A stretch of 41,656 nucleotides of DNA from IMG/VR virus record IMGVR_UViG_3300035542_000178, positions 1 through 41,656 of that record; one strand, given 5' to 3'. The translations under genes and the position numbers were made by a program. Positions 25,404-35,441 of this stretch are shown here, in pieces (within the stretch, counting starts at the first letter, position 1; each line of letters opens with the position of its first letter). The stretch comes from a virus. Lineage: Duplodnaviria; Caudoviricetes. The notes below the pieces were generated by a model. It ran no database searches. It had not been told where the DNA came from and saw only the letters and a list, made by a program, of their open reading frames with translations.

Positions 25404-25436
25404 CAAATATAAGGATAATTTTTAATACAAAGCAAA
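25404..25436 (-). promoter_or_regulatory. Bacteroidota promoter TTTG-N21-TATATTTG for the antirepressor operon
   Basis: -7 box 25404-25411, -33 box 25433-25436. Confidence 0.65.
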
Positions 25437-25467
25437 AAAAAGCCCTGCAAAAATTGCAGGACTTTTT
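25435..25467 (-). terminator. Intrinsic terminator
   Basis: cctgcaa-aaa-ttgcagg stem with a long T run on the minus strand after the DUF4468 gene. Confidence 0.65.
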
Positions 25468-25487
25468 ATTGTAAGGTTGTGTAAGGC

Positions 25488-26033
25488 TTACCAATTGTCT
25501 TGTAAGTTGGCTTTTGATATCCCTTTTTTTAATGATTTGATTAACAGTTGGGCGTTAATTTCACATTCTTTTTTCATCTTATCCCAATTTTTTTGGCAAA
25601 CGCCTTTGGGATTTCCGGATACATTTACCGGGCATTTATTTTCCGTAGTAATTAACCCAAAATCAGCCGCTTTATAATAATTTGTATTAGTTCCTGAATG
25701 GATAAAGTCTGTTATAACATATTTATAACGGCCCTCTTTCACAAAAATTTTAATTAAAAAGCTAATATAACCATTTACGCTTGTTGTTGTCATCATTCCT
25801 GCTTTTTTATATTGAAAAACTCCACGGCCAATAAGCATTTTTGATTCGTTATCTTGTAACTGTAAAACATTTTCTGCACTTACAAAAGTTTCTGCAAACC
25901 ACATTTGTGCTAAATCATAAATTTCTTTTGCCGAAACGTCGGGAATAGAAACAACTTCTTCAAATTTTAACGGGTTTGCCTGTAATTGTGTAAAAACACT
26001 AATTAAAAATAAAATTACAATTAATTTTTTCAT
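25488..26033 (-). CDS. Exported DUF4468-like protein (moron)
   Basis: Signal peptide MKKLIVILFLISVFTQLQA; FEEVV...EIYDLAQMWFAETF..VLQLQD..LIGRG, VKEGRYKY. Confidence 0.75.
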   Translation of the reverse strand: MKKLIVILFLISVFTQLQANPLKFEEVVSIPDVSAKEIYDLAQMWFAETFVSAENVLQLQDNESKMLIGRGVFQYKKAGMMTTTSVNGYISFLIKIFVKEGRYKYVITDFIHSGTNTNYYKAADFGLITTENKCPVNVSGNPKGVCQKNWDKMKKECEINAQLLIKSLKKGISKANLQDNW

Positions 26034-26065
26034 ATCTTTTTTATTTTAAAGATACTAAAAATTTT

Positions 26066-26087
26066 TCATGCCGAGCCTGTCGAAGCA
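26066..26087. repeat. REP-like element (TGTCGAAG family)
   Basis: tcatgccgagcctgtcgaagca resembles copies at 33378-33401 and 34630-34653. Confidence 0.65.
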
Positions 26088-28973
26088 CTAAAATTTATTG
26101 TAACGGTTCAATAATTCCATTTCTTCGTCGCTTTCTTTTTGTTTGTCGTAGTTTATATAGGCCTGTCGGTTTTTTGGGTCGCTTAAAAACTGATTCATCC
26201 GGCGTTGTTCGTCGAGTAGCTCGCGCATGGTATTACTATCTTCGGCACTTGTATTTGTTACATAGGTATTATTAACCACGGGTTGCGAAAACTGGCCGCC
26301 GGTGCGCTTAAAGTTGTTATAATCCATGGCTGTTGATACGGCTCCGGCATCGGGCATCTCGGTGGCGGTGGTTGGCATAACCGGCCGTTTGCCGTCCTGT
26401 ACATCTAACAAATAATTTGCCATGGGTCCGTAATTGGGGTCGGTAAGCATCCGGTTGCTTAAAATTCCTTCTTCTTTATCGCCTTCGCCGGCATAAATTA
26501 AGCCTTCTTTTTTTATGCGGCCGCCCTGCTCGTATGTAGGTACAGTCTCTGCACTAATGGCGGCAATTTGCAAGGCGCCGGTAACCGCAGCCAAAGCCGA
26601 AAGCGCAACGCCCGGCCACCCGCCCGGGTCTTCCATAAATCCAATAATAGCGGCTGCAGTAGAAACTATGGCATTAAAGTAAGCAGCATCTTTTTCGCGC
26701 TCGCTTTGCTCTTTCATAAGTTTTGCCTTTTCGCGGTCGAGCTGTTGGTCTATCTGTTCCGATTTTTGTGCATACTCTTCCTGCGAAATAATGCCTCGCT
26801 CGAGTTGTTTTTCCAACCGCGTTTTTTTGGCATCCATATTTTTCTCGAACCGTTGCATTTCGGCTTCGTCCTGGTTTCTTTTTAGTTGGTTGTAAGCATC
26901 CCATGCGTTCATTGCTTGGCGTGCATACAATACAATTTCGCCAAATCGCTCTTCGAGTTTTTCCCAGCCTTCGTCATCTAATCCTAAAGCTTTTGCAAGC
27001 AGGTTATTTGAGCCGCCTTCGGTTGCATAGTCTTCATCAATTTTTGCCAGCTCTTCGTTCATTTTGTCGAAAAGCTCGGCGCTTTTAAAGTTGTATTTTT
27101 TTGCTAACTCTAAAAGTTCTTCATATTTTTCTTTGATTAACTGCTTTTCTTTTTCCTTTCCACTAAGCAGCATCTTTTCGATTTTCTGCTCTACTTCTGT
27201 TCTCTTTTCTTTTTCTTTTTCGGCATAGTTCGCGTTAATAGTTAAAACTTCCTGTCCGCGCAATCTATATAATTCGGCAATTTTGTCATCGTAACCTTCT
27301 GCTTCTTCAATAAGCTTGTCGTACTTGTATTTTACTTGCTGTATTTCTTTGGCTTGTTCGGTTAATGTATCGAGATGCAGTTGTTGCCGTATTTTGGCAA
27401 TCGTATCGGCAAGCTTTTGCTCTGTTTTTATGGCTTCTTCTTTTGCTTTTTCTCTTTGTTTCTTTTCTTTTTCTTTTTGTTCCTTTTCTTCATCTGTTAA
27501 AAAAATAAGTGTATCTAATTCATCATTGGTGATTTCTTCGTTTGTGTCTTTTAATTCTTGTAGCGCCTTTATTCTTTCGTCTATTGTTTCGTTAAAATCT
27601 TCATTTTTTCCTTTTAATTTTCCTAACGATTCTGAAACCAAGTCAATCGCTCTTTCCCACGCTTTTGATTCATCTTTATAAACGTCGGTTAATTTTTTAG
27701 CTAATGCTTCGACTTCTTTTTTATCTTCGTCTATATTAAATTGTAAATTTTCGTCTCTTGCCCTTTCCTTAGCTTCTTTTTTTATCTGTTTTAATGATTT
27801 ATTAACCATTTGTAACCGGTTAACTACATTAGTAAGCCATTGCACTAAACCACGAAAAACATTTGTTATAACTCCCTCGCCGCTGTTTAGGCTTAACACA
27901 AACCCTTCCCAAGCGCTCGAAAGTTTATTGGTATCGCCAATAAGGTTATCTTCCATGGTTTCGGCCATTTCTTTTGCCGAACCGTTGGCATTATTGTATG
28001 ATTCTTCGAGTTTTTCGGCTTTTTCTGTGTTGTCGGCTAAAACTAACGCGGCAGTAGCTCCGCGTTTACCAAATAAATCAAGTGCGGTAACATTTTTATT
28101 GGTAGAATTGTTGATGGCTTCTAATCCTTCTTCCCAGGTTAACCCTTGCTTGTTTAATTCTAAAAACATATTACGCAGCGATGTTCCTGCGGTTGATGCA
28201 TCAATGCCGGCATCGGTAAGTACTGATAATTGTGCTGTGGTAAATTCAACGCTTTTGCCACTAGCATTAGCCACAGGAGCAACAGCGGCCATTGCAGTTT
28301 CGAATTTTTCAAGGTCGAGGGCAGAGCTCGAAAATGATTTAGCCATTACGTCAACTATGCGCTGAGTTTCGTCAGCAGTTAATCCAAATCCTTTTATCGT
28401 ACTGGCTGCCACTTTAGCCGATTGTGCAAGATCTGACCCTGCAGCAATAGATAATTGAATTGTTGCTTCGGTGGCATCAAGGATTTCGTCAGTAGAAAAA
28501 CCAAGCTTTGCAAACTCAAGTTGCAATCCTGCTACTTCAGTTGATGTTTTTGATGTGGTGGAACCTAAGTTCTGCGCACTTTTTTTTAATTGATCAAACT
28601 CGTCTTTAGTAGCGCCGGTAACCGCCTTTACTTTGTCCATTTCTTTTTCAAAAGTGCTCATGGTTCTGAGTGCGTTTTTTAATACAGAAAAAACCTTCGC
28701 GCCTACAAAAGCACCTAAAGCAAGCCTAATAGCTCCGGTAACTCGTTGCCACGATTTCTGCATAAACCCAAGCTGTTTATTATGATCGTTTAAAACGCCT
28801 TTCAGTTTTTTTACTTCTTTTAGTTTTTTATTATATTCGTCGCTCCCGATGGTAAGCTTTGCCAGTTCGTTTTTTGCTTTTTTATATTCGCCCGCAATGG
28901 TTTTAATATTATTGCGCACTTCTTTGCCGTTAACAATAATGTTTACATTGCGTATTTCTTTTTTCGTAGCCAT
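26088..28973 (-). CDS. Tape measure protein (TP901-family core)
   Basis: 961 aa; FEKEMDKVKAVTGAT..., AGIDASTAGTSLRNMF, MEDNLIGD..KLSSAWEG; long coiled coils. Confidence 0.92.
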   Translation of the reverse strand: MATKKEIRNVNIIVNGKEVRNNIKTIAGEYKKAKNELAKLTIGSDEYNKKLKEVKKLKGVLNDHNKQLGFMQKSWQRVTGAIRLALGAFVGAKVFSVLKNALRTMSTFEKEMDKVKAVTGATKDEFDQLKKSAQNLGSTTSKTSTEVAGLQLEFAKLGFSTDEILDATEATIQLSIAAGSDLAQSAKVAASTIKGFGLTADETQRIVDVMAKSFSSSALDLEKFETAMAAVAPVANASGKSVEFTTAQLSVLTDAGIDASTAGTSLRNMFLELNKQGLTWEEGLEAINNSTNKNVTALDLFGKRGATAALVLADNTEKAEKLEESYNNANGSAKEMAETMEDNLIGDTNKLSSAWEGFVLSLNSGEGVITNVFRGLVQWLTNVVNRLQMVNKSLKQIKKEAKERARDENLQFNIDEDKKEVEALAKKLTDVYKDESKAWERAIDLVSESLGKLKGKNEDFNETIDERIKALQELKDTNEEITNDELDTLIFLTDEEKEQKEKEKKQREKAKEEAIKTEQKLADTIAKIRQQLHLDTLTEQAKEIQQVKYKYDKLIEEAEGYDDKIAELYRLRGQEVLTINANYAEKEKEKRTEVEQKIEKMLLSGKEKEKQLIKEKYEELLELAKKYNFKSAELFDKMNEELAKIDEDYATEGGSNNLLAKALGLDDEGWEKLEERFGEIVLYARQAMNAWDAYNQLKRNQDEAEMQRFEKNMDAKKTRLEKQLERGIISQEEYAQKSEQIDQQLDREKAKLMKEQSEREKDAAYFNAIVSTAAAIIGFMEDPGGWPGVALSALAAVTGALQIAAISAETVPTYEQGGRIKKEGLIYAGEGDKEEGILSNRMLTDPNYGPMANYLLDVQDGKRPVMPTTATEMPDAGAVSTAMDYNNFKRTGGQFSQPVVNNTYVTNTSAEDSNTMRELLDEQRRMNQFLSDPKNRQAYINYDKQKESDEEMELLNRYNKF

Positions 28974-29001
28974 GGTATATTGTGTTTGGTGTTTATATTC
29001 C

Positions 29002-29421
29002 TTATTTTGGTATTCCTTGTGCCACTAACCGGTCGGCCCAGTATTCGCCCATAATATCGGCAAGCTTTGGCACCTGCTGATGGAATACGGCATTCATCCA
29101 GTCGTGTGGTTGCCGCACAAAAGCTTTATCGATAAAATAAAGAGTGCTTCCACGCATTACAGCACGTACCACACGCCCGTCGACAATAGTATATCCTTTC
29201 CCAACGCCTTTAAACCAGAATATACCGTGGCGCGGGAATTTCCATATTGCCTGCCAGGCATCGCCTGCCTGGTTAAAGTTTACATATCCTTTTAGCTGGC
29301 TTAACAGTTCGCCTTTTCCTTTGCTGCTCATCCCGGCAATTTGCCCTTTTAGCATATTGGTGGTGGTCGATTTCCACTGTATAAGCTGCTGGTTATATCG
29401 TGTTGGCTTGTATGGTTGCAT
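29002..29421 (-). CDS. Putative tail/neck completion protein
   Basis: 139 aa basic protein just upstream of the TMP; function positional. Confidence 0.55.
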   Translation of the reverse strand: MQPYKPTRYNQQLIQWKSTTTNMLKGQIAGMSSKGKGELLSQLKGYVNFNQAGDAWQAIWKFPRHGIFWFKGVGKGYTIVDGRVVRAVMRGSTLYFIDKAFVRQPHDWMNAVFHQQVPKLADIMGEYWADRLVAQGIPK

Positions 29422-31604
29422 TAGTGTGCTTGTTTTATGGCTTTAATTTCTACCGATTCTAAACCCTGCATGGTAATTTCGGCGGTAACTTGTTTGGGCA
29501 GGTATTTGATATTTTCTATAAACATCCATCGTTTTTGGTTTTCGGTAGCAACCCCTTTTTGTGGTTTTATCAGCTCTAATAATTTTAACAGTGTTCTCAC
29601 ACCAAAGTTTGCTCCCGATTTAAAATTATAAGTCTCAGTATTTTTTAAAAAATTAAACCAGGGTTCGTGATAGTCTTTTCCGATACTGCCGGTTCCTTTT
29701 AAAAACAACGAGAAGTCGCCTGCACTGTCGCCTTTTGAATCAACATTGTGCGATGTTGCAAAAGGATAATAATCGTCGTTTTCATCATTTTTTTCGAATG
29801 CCGAAGATCCAATCCAGTTCATTAATTTAAGCACAGGGTCTTCGTCGTTTTCGGAGTTAAACATCTTAGATTTACCCTTTTTATTTACTAACGGTATTGC
29901 AAAAAGAAACTGCGACTCGGTACGGGTGCTTGAAAAAATGTAACCTGTCATAAAAACAGGATGCATGCCTAATTCAATATTTTCAACTTCGTCGGCATCG
30001 CCATAAGTGTTTCTCTGGTCGATATCCGAAAAGCGTTTCCATATATTTTGAAAGTCGATATAAAAAACCTTATAAATGGCATTTGCCGGATTCATTTTTG
30101 CTATGTCCGCAATATCTCTCGATGCTGGCAGGTTTTTGTATTTATCGTAAGATCCCCGGTCATTATAAATTGATGTATCTAAAAAGTTATCATCTTTATC
30201 CCAATTAAAATCAACCTGAATGGTTTTCTTATCAATGCTAATAAGCTCGTCGCCGTTTTTTAATTTATTTGTAAAATCAACAGTATCGCAGCTAAAAAGG
30301 TCTTTTAAAAAAAGGAATTGCGCCTGCCCACTGTATGTGTCGAAAATAATAGCCATTTGCCACATTTTGCGCAGGTTGTTTAAAAATGTGTTTATTTCTA
30401 CAGGCGGTATGTGGTTTGCTATAGAAAGGGATTTAGCATATCGGTTTAAATTGGTTTGCGAAAGGTTAACCACGTCCAGTTCGGCATTAACAATGGTCCA
30501 ATCGGAGGAACAGGAACACCAAACATCTTTGCCAACAAATGCGGGCTCAGCGTAAAAAGTGTGTATGTTTTCAATAATTTCGCTATTAAGCGCTTCGGCT
30601 GCAGAAATTTCAACATCATTATACCAACCTTCGTATGCTTCCAGATGTATACGAACATAAAGATCGGTAACCGGATCGGCTTTTTGGAGCCATACTTTTA
30701 GTTTTATCTGGTGCCAACCTACGTGCTGAATCCTAAAGCCATTAGGTAGCGGAGAATTATAGCTTTGTTGTGTTCCCCAGGTGAAATCGCCACCACTCCA
30801 GTTTATTAACGTGGGCGTGTAAGGATCTCGAGATCCATTTACTGCCTTTAACCAGTATTCATCAACATTATCGTCTAAGCAAAAAGCATTAAACAATAAC
30901 AGCTGTTGGTATTTTGTTTCGGTAATAAACTCGCCAAAATGATTATATCCAATTTCGCTAAAAAATGTATCGAGTATATATTGTAAAAAAAACTGCGGCA
31001 CCAGCGGGTATTTATTAATAATGCCATCGGGTGCTTCTTCGTCTGCATTGGGCGTATCAAGATAGTTTTGTAAGTAGGTGTCGTTTTCAAAATCATAATT
31101 ATTCATATAATTTAGATAGGCAGGATTTTCGTTGCCGTAAAGATCTATGTTTTTTATCATCGGGAAAACATATTTGCTCGTAGGATAAGAAGCATACACC
31201 TTGCCATTTGCATGGTTTATAACATCCTGCGTTGTGATTCCCAAAGAAATATCTCTGTCAAAGGTTAATTCGTTTAGTTTTTTATCTTTATAATTCTGCA
31301 GGTTATTGGTTGTAAAAGCGCATTTGAATTTATCTTTATAGGTGCTTACAATAAGTTTGCCCTTTAAAATAATACACCTTAGCAAGATTAAAGTAGAATC
31401 GATTGTTCGGGCTTTGCCGCTAATTGCCGGAAAGTTTGCGTGGTTAAGCTCTTTTATATTTGTTGGGCAAAAAGGGACATCGAACCAATAAACAATATCG
31501 CCATCGATCACTTCTTTGGCAAATATTGCCGAATTCCACTCCACCCTTATTTTAGTATCTGGATTTAATTCCAGAGCCGTATCGTTAACTATTAATTCTA
31601 TCAT
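29421..31604 (-). CDS. Putative tail tip/hub protein
   Basis: 727 aa in the tail block; MIELIVNDTALELNPDTKI start typical of siphovirus tail proteins. Confidence 0.65.
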   Translation of the reverse strand: MIELIVNDTALELNPDTKIRVEWNSAIFAKEVIDGDIVYWFDVPFCPTNIKELNHANFPAISGKARTIDSTLILLRCIILKGKLIVSTYKDKFKCAFTTNNLQNYKDKKLNELTFDRDISLGITTQDVINHANGKVYASYPTSKYVFPMIKNIDLYGNENPAYLNYMNNYDFENDTYLQNYLDTPNADEEAPDGIINKYPLVPQFFLQYILDTFFSEIGYNHFGEFITETKYQQLLLFNAFCLDDNVDEYWLKAVNGSRDPYTPTLINWSGGDFTWGTQQSYNSPLPNGFRIQHVGWHQIKLKVWLQKADPVTDLYVRIHLEAYEGWYNDVEISAAEALNSEIIENIHTFYAEPAFVGKDVWCSCSSDWTIVNAELDVVNLSQTNLNRYAKSLSIANHIPPVEINTFLNNLRKMWQMAIIFDTYSGQAQFLFLKDLFSCDTVDFTNKLKNGDELISIDKKTIQVDFNWDKDDNFLDTSIYNDRGSYDKYKNLPASRDIADIAKMNPANAIYKVFYIDFQNIWKRFSDIDQRNTYGDADEVENIELGMHPVFMTGYIFSSTRTESQFLFAIPLVNKKGKSKMFNSENDEDPVLKLMNWIGSSAFEKNDENDDYYPFATSHNVDSKGDSAGDFSLFLKGTGSIGKDYHEPWFNFLKNTETYNFKSGANFGVRTLLKLLELIKPQKGVATENQKRWMFIENIKYLPKQVTAEITMQGLESVEIKAIKQAH

Positions 31605-32752
31605 ATATCAAAAGCGTATTGGTAGTGTAGTTCTATTACTTGTAAATCTTCGTTTTCGGAGTATGGCTTTATCGATTTGTTTAAAATAATACAAGGGATA
31701 AAATCGGTATCGCCAATTTTAAAGAGTTTATCGTTAAGCATCTCTTCCAGGTGTTCGGCTTCGGTTTGTGTAAACGGCCCCAGGCTACACTTAAATTCTT
31801 TCTTGCGCGATTTTATGCGTTGTACATATTCAAAATCGCGGCTTGCATAATCGTACTGCGTGCGTTTTTTGCTGGTTTCTATTTCGGCCGTTACCTCGCT
31901 TTCTTCTTTGCCTTCGGCAATAATGGTTTCGAGTGCGCCAAAGTTGTTTCGGAACACAAACTGCTTACCCCACCAGGGTTTTTCAATTAAATGAAAGGTA
32001 ATCGTGCGGCTGATTAATGTATTATCATCTAATTGAAGGGTAATTTCATATTTATAAACGGTCTTGGCAGGGTCTAATCCCCCAATATTAAGTTGGTCGT
32101 ATCCGGCAGCGATTATTAATACATCATATTGTTCGGCATTTGCATATGCGTATAGAGTTAATAAGAACGATTCGCTTGTTTTATCGGTAAAATAAGCTGT
32201 TACTTTTATATTAATATTATTGGTTCCGCTTACATGATTCATAAAATATAAATAATGTTTAGCGCTTTTCCATGTCCGAATATTTTCTCCTATATTATTT
32301 AAAAAATTAAGGTTGGTTGCCAGGTCGCCCACAAAATCGTGGTCTGGCCATTCCTGGTATGATAGTCGCCCGTATAACATATACAGAGTGTCTGAAGTTA
32401 TATGTTCGTCGGTAATGCCGTCGTTATTATTATCTATCCCCCAAAATTCAACACCGTAGCGTTTTAATATAGATGTATCTTGAACGGCTCCTGCTAATCC
32501 AAAAATATCTGTTTTGATTGTATCGAAATAATTTTTTAAAATCTCGCCAACATGTAATATTACAGATCCGTTGGCATCAACATCCAGATACATATATGGA
32601 AGACCTTCGTAATCTCCGGATCCGTAAACATCTTCAACAAATATGCGAATTTTTATTTTTACGGTATCTACATGAGTGCTGGTTACTTTAAATGCCGGTT
32701 TATTAAAGCAGAAATCTATTGTTTTGGGTGCCGAATCGATTGTTGTTGCCAT
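31601..32752 (-). CDS. Putative distal tail protein
   Basis: 383 aa beta-rich; FVFRNNFGALETI motif; coupled to the next tail gene. Confidence 0.6.
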   Translation of the reverse strand: MATTIDSAPKTIDFCFNKPAFKVTSTHVDTVKIKIRIFVEDVYGSGDYEGLPYMYLDVDANGSVILHVGEILKNYFDTIKTDIFGLAGAVQDTSILKRYGVEFWGIDNNNDGITDEHITSDTLYMLYGRLSYQEWPDHDFVGDLATNLNFLNNIGENIRTWKSAKHYLYFMNHVSGTNNINIKVTAYFTDKTSESFLLTLYAYANAEQYDVLIIAAGYDQLNIGGLDPAKTVYKYEITLQLDDNTLISRTITFHLIEKPWWGKQFVFRNNFGALETIIAEGKEESEVTAEIETSKKRTQYDYASRDFEYVQRIKSRKKEFKCSLGPFTQTEAEHLEEMLNDKLFKIGDTDFIPCIILNKSIKPYSENEDLQVIELHYQYAFDI

Positions 32753-32758
32753 ATTATT

Positions 32759-33265
32759 TTAATTTAAATCTTTCCATTTGGTGTTATCCACTTGTTTCTC
32801 GTAGCGGCTTTGAAGGGTTAGTGTTACCCTTACGCCGCAGTATAGCTCTACCGGATGTATAGGCAGGTGCTGCAGGGCTATTGTTCCTGGTTGCAAATCG
32901 CGCAACAGCGCTTTATGTTCCAGATTTTCTACATCACTGATAATGCGGTTAATGACATCTTCGGCTACCTGCTCGGTTTCGGTATAAATTTCGTTTACAC
33001 GATTATAATCGCCGTTAGGAAATTTGTTCACTACCATAAACGATATGGTGCGGTTTTTAGAGATATTGTCGTTATTCTGCGCCGACAAATTAAACTCAGC
33101 ACGCTCTAATGAAAGAAAAGGGTATTTTACCGAATCGATTTTGGTAAGATACTCTTCCACATCAATACGGTAAAAATGTTTTTCGGTATCGGAATGATTA
33201 ATGTACACATGATTTTTCGCCAGCCCGGCGAAATAATCTTCTATCTGTTTGTAATCTACATCCAT
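32759..33265 (-). CDS. Putative tail terminator/completion protein
   Basis: 168 aa; YPFLSLE motif, first gene after a late-promoter motif. Confidence 0.5.
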   Translation of the reverse strand: MDVDYKQIEDYFAGLAKNHVYINHSDTEKHFYRIDVEEYLTKIDSVKYPFLSLERAEFNLSAQNNDNISKNRTISFMVVNKFPNGDYNRVNEIYTETEQVAEDVINRIISDVENLEHKALLRDLQPGTIALQHLPIHPVELYCGVRVTLTLQSRYEKQVDNTKWKDLN

Positions 33266-33282
33266 GGTATTGGGTTTTATTA

Positions 33283-33319
33283 CAAAAGAAATGGGTAGGG
33301 GGATGGTAAAAAAGGACAG
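33283..33319 (-). promoter_or_regulatory. Putative late promoter (CTGTCCTTTT plus TTCTTTTG)
   Basis: Shared motif and spacing. Confidence 0.6.
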
Positions 33320-33321
33320 TG

Positions 33322-33411
33322 CTGACAGCGAAGCTCGTCAGTACACCCTTCGACATGCTCAGGGTGACAAAGCGCGTGTCATGCTGAGCTTGTCGAAGCA
33401 TGTCGAAGCAT
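33322..33411. repeat. Cluster of REP-like palindromes
   Basis: ctgacagcgaagctcgtcag; cccttcgacatgctcagggtgac inverted with gtcatgctgagcttgtcgaagcat. Confidence 0.75.
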
Positions 33412-33485
33412 AATTGTTTAAAATAGTCTGCGGGTGCCGGAATTTAACCGGCTATCTTATTACAGATAACGCCCTGTGCCCGCAG

Positions 33486-34175
33486 CTATTTTTTTCGGCG
33501 GCTTTCGTAAATTAGTGTGTCAATTTTTTTAAGGATGTTACGCACCAGGGAGTTGGCTACTTTGTCGAAATCGGCATCGGTATTGCCGTCGGACAGTTTC
33601 CACATCCACTCGTCCCATTTAGGAATTTGTATATCCTGTGCTTTCAGCTCTTTTTTTTCTGTTTCGCGTGGTGGCGGAAACAAGTTTTTTAATTTAAGTG
33701 TCATATCTTTTCGCACAGCGCCGTAGTTAAACAGGATGGCTTGTGCGGTTTCAAATATTACATTCTCAAACAGTTGAGCGCGTGTATCTATATCCTTTTC
33801 GGTAAATTTTTTGCCTTTTTCTAAAAACAGGGCTGCTAAAAACTTGTGTAAAAAGCGGCTGTCGTTATCGCGTAAAAAAGCGTAATAAAATGTTTCGGCA
33901 AAAAGAAACTGCCCCATGGTTATATTGCGGAAACCATCTTCGGGGCCGTACAATGTTTTGGTTAATCCCGGTATTTTTTCCGGCACTTCAAGCGTGTCGA
34001 TTAAAAATCGTGGCGAACACTGATTATCATACAGCCATTTGTGTAATTCTAACCGCCCCACCGGACCGTACCACGATGCGTTAATACGGCGGAACAACTC
34101 AATAAACTCATCAGCCGAAAGCTCGTCCCAATGGTTAGCGGTAATGGTTTTGTTTTTGTATTGGAGTTGTAGCAT
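33486..34175 (-). CDS. Hypothetical protein (possible tail assembly chaperone)
   Basis: 229 aa between the holin and tail genes; ANHWDELS start. Confidence 0.6.
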   Translation of the reverse strand: MLQLQYKNKTITANHWDELSADEFIELFRRINASWYGPVGRLELHKWLYDNQCSPRFLIDTLEVPEKIPGLTKTLYGPEDGFRNITMGQFLFAETFYYAFLRDNDSRFLHKFLAALFLEKGKKFTEKDIDTRAQLFENVIFETAQAILFNYGAVRKDMTLKLKNLFPPPRETEKKELKAQDIQIPKWDEWMWKLSDGNTDADFDKVANSLVRNILKKIDTLIYESRRKK

Positions 34176-34591
34176 TATTTCTTTAGTGTATCAGCAACTT
34201 TATGGCTTACCTTTTCGGCAGACCGTCCAATTACGTAACCGCCTAAACCAATTTTCAACAATCCCCAGAAATCGGCCGGCAGCGTTTCGCTTATGTTTAC
34301 TGCATTGGGGAAAAAAGCCGGTTGTATAAAAAACGAATATACAACAATAAAAGCAAAGGCAAGCATTACCAATGGCCGCCAGCTGCGTTGTAACTTGTTT
34401 CCGGTTGTTTCGCTAAGCAGTATTTCTTTTTGCGCATCCAGTACTTTTGTAACCAGCTTGTTTGCTTCGGCCAGCAGTTCGTTTTTTGCCTGCAGCTTTT
34501 CTTCTTTATTGGTAAAATTCTTATCAAAAGCATCGCCAATTTTATCAACTAACGTGCTTGCTGCTTCTACTAATTTAGTTCCTATTTTCAT
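34175..34591 (-). CDS. Holin (3TM/GTA-type)
   Basis: FTNKEEKLQAK, QRSWRPLVML, LLKIGLGGYVIGRSAEK; adjacent to the endolysin. Confidence 0.85.
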   Translation of the reverse strand: MKIGTKLVEAASTLVDKIGDAFDKNFTNKEEKLQAKNELLAEANKLVTKVLDAQKEILLSETTGNKLQRSWRPLVMLAFAFIVVYSFFIQPAFFPNAVNISETLPADFWGLLKIGLGGYVIGRSAEKVSHKVADTLKK

Positions 34592-34610
34592 GATGTTTTG
34601 TTTTTGCCTG

Positions 34611-34662
34611 CTTCGTCACCCTGAGCAATGTCACCCTGAGCCTGTCGAAGGGTGTCGAAGCA
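34611..34662. repeat. Nested REP-like elements
   Basis: gtcaccctgagc x2 and tgtcgaag x2. Confidence 0.7.
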
Positions 34663-34664
34663 TA

Positions 34665-35147
34665 TTATGCTGCGTTATTATATAATTTATACATTGTTCT
34701 GCCATTATGTTTATAAGCAACCAGTATTTGCTTACGGTTGTTGCCGTTTCGCTTAAGCGATACGTGCACCCAGTTGGGTTCTTCGTCGGTGCCGAACTCC
34801 CAAATTAACTGGTCGAAATCCAGGTTGTCTTTAATAAAATTGAATATCATGCGGTTGGTAATGCCGTTGTTGTATATGTCGGCATCCAGGTCTACAGCTT
34901 CGCCTTCGCAATGTTGCGATGTTTCGGATCCACCAATAATTTTGTTTAGCAGAACAGCCCGAAAAAACGAAGCAATACCAATAGGTAACCCACCCAACGC
35001 AGCGCGTAACGGCTCAAAAATATGGTTTGCCAGGTGCCGCATGTTTAATAATTGCAGTGCGTTTGGTTTATTTTCGATGCCTTTTTTTGTGGCTGTCCAC
35101 GATTTGGTGGCTTCTTTGTACGAAATATGGGGACTGATGTTTTTCAT
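34665..35147 (-). CDS. Endolysin, peptidase M15 family
   Basis: SFFRAVLLNKIIGGSETSQHCEGEAVDL, FDQLIWE, WVHVS. Confidence 0.9.
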   Translation of the reverse strand: MKNISPHISYKEATKSWTATKKGIENKPNALQLLNMRHLANHIFEPLRAALGGLPIGIASFFRAVLLNKIIGGSETSQHCEGEAVDLDADIYNNGITNRMIFNFIKDNLDFDQLIWEFGTDEEPNWVHVSLKRNGNNRKQILVAYKHNGRTMYKLYNNAA

Positions 35148-35150
35148 GGC

Positions 35151-35426
35151 TTATATTAATTTTAGCAAATCGGTTAAATCAATAATGGAAGTAAGGAAAA
35201 CGATGCCTAAAATGATGATGATTAAAAGCAGTGGCTTATCATACATAATCTCGATAAGTTTTAGTTTACTCATCTTGTCTTCGAGTTTGTTAACCCTGCT
35301 GTTTGTTAGTGATGTTTGTTTGTATATTTGCTCGAGCTTTTCGTTTATCAGGTTAAAATTACTTTCCTGGTGCAGGTAAACGCCTTTAAATTTTTCTTGT
35401 ATTAATTCTCTTTCTTCTTTTTGCAT
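35151..35426 (-). CDS. Small membrane protein (coiled coil plus C-terminal TM), lysis-associated
   Basis: 91 aa with C-terminal hydrophobic helix, just upstream of the endolysin. Confidence 0.6.
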   Translation of the reverse strand: MQKEERELIQEKFKGVYLHQESNFNLINEKLEQIYKQTSLTNSRVNKLEDKMSKLKLIEIMYDKPLLLIIIILGIVFLTSIIDLTDLLKLI

Positions 35427-35441
35427 AATATGAGCGTATAA

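Noticed and set aside
33198-33401. 67-aa ORF MLRQAQHD...
   Set aside because: Translation of REP palindromes; overlaps a promoter motif and a real gene start
33428-33485. Functional tRNA gene
   Set aside because: Only about 58 nt, no D arm, non-canonical anticodon arm and no TTC in the T loop
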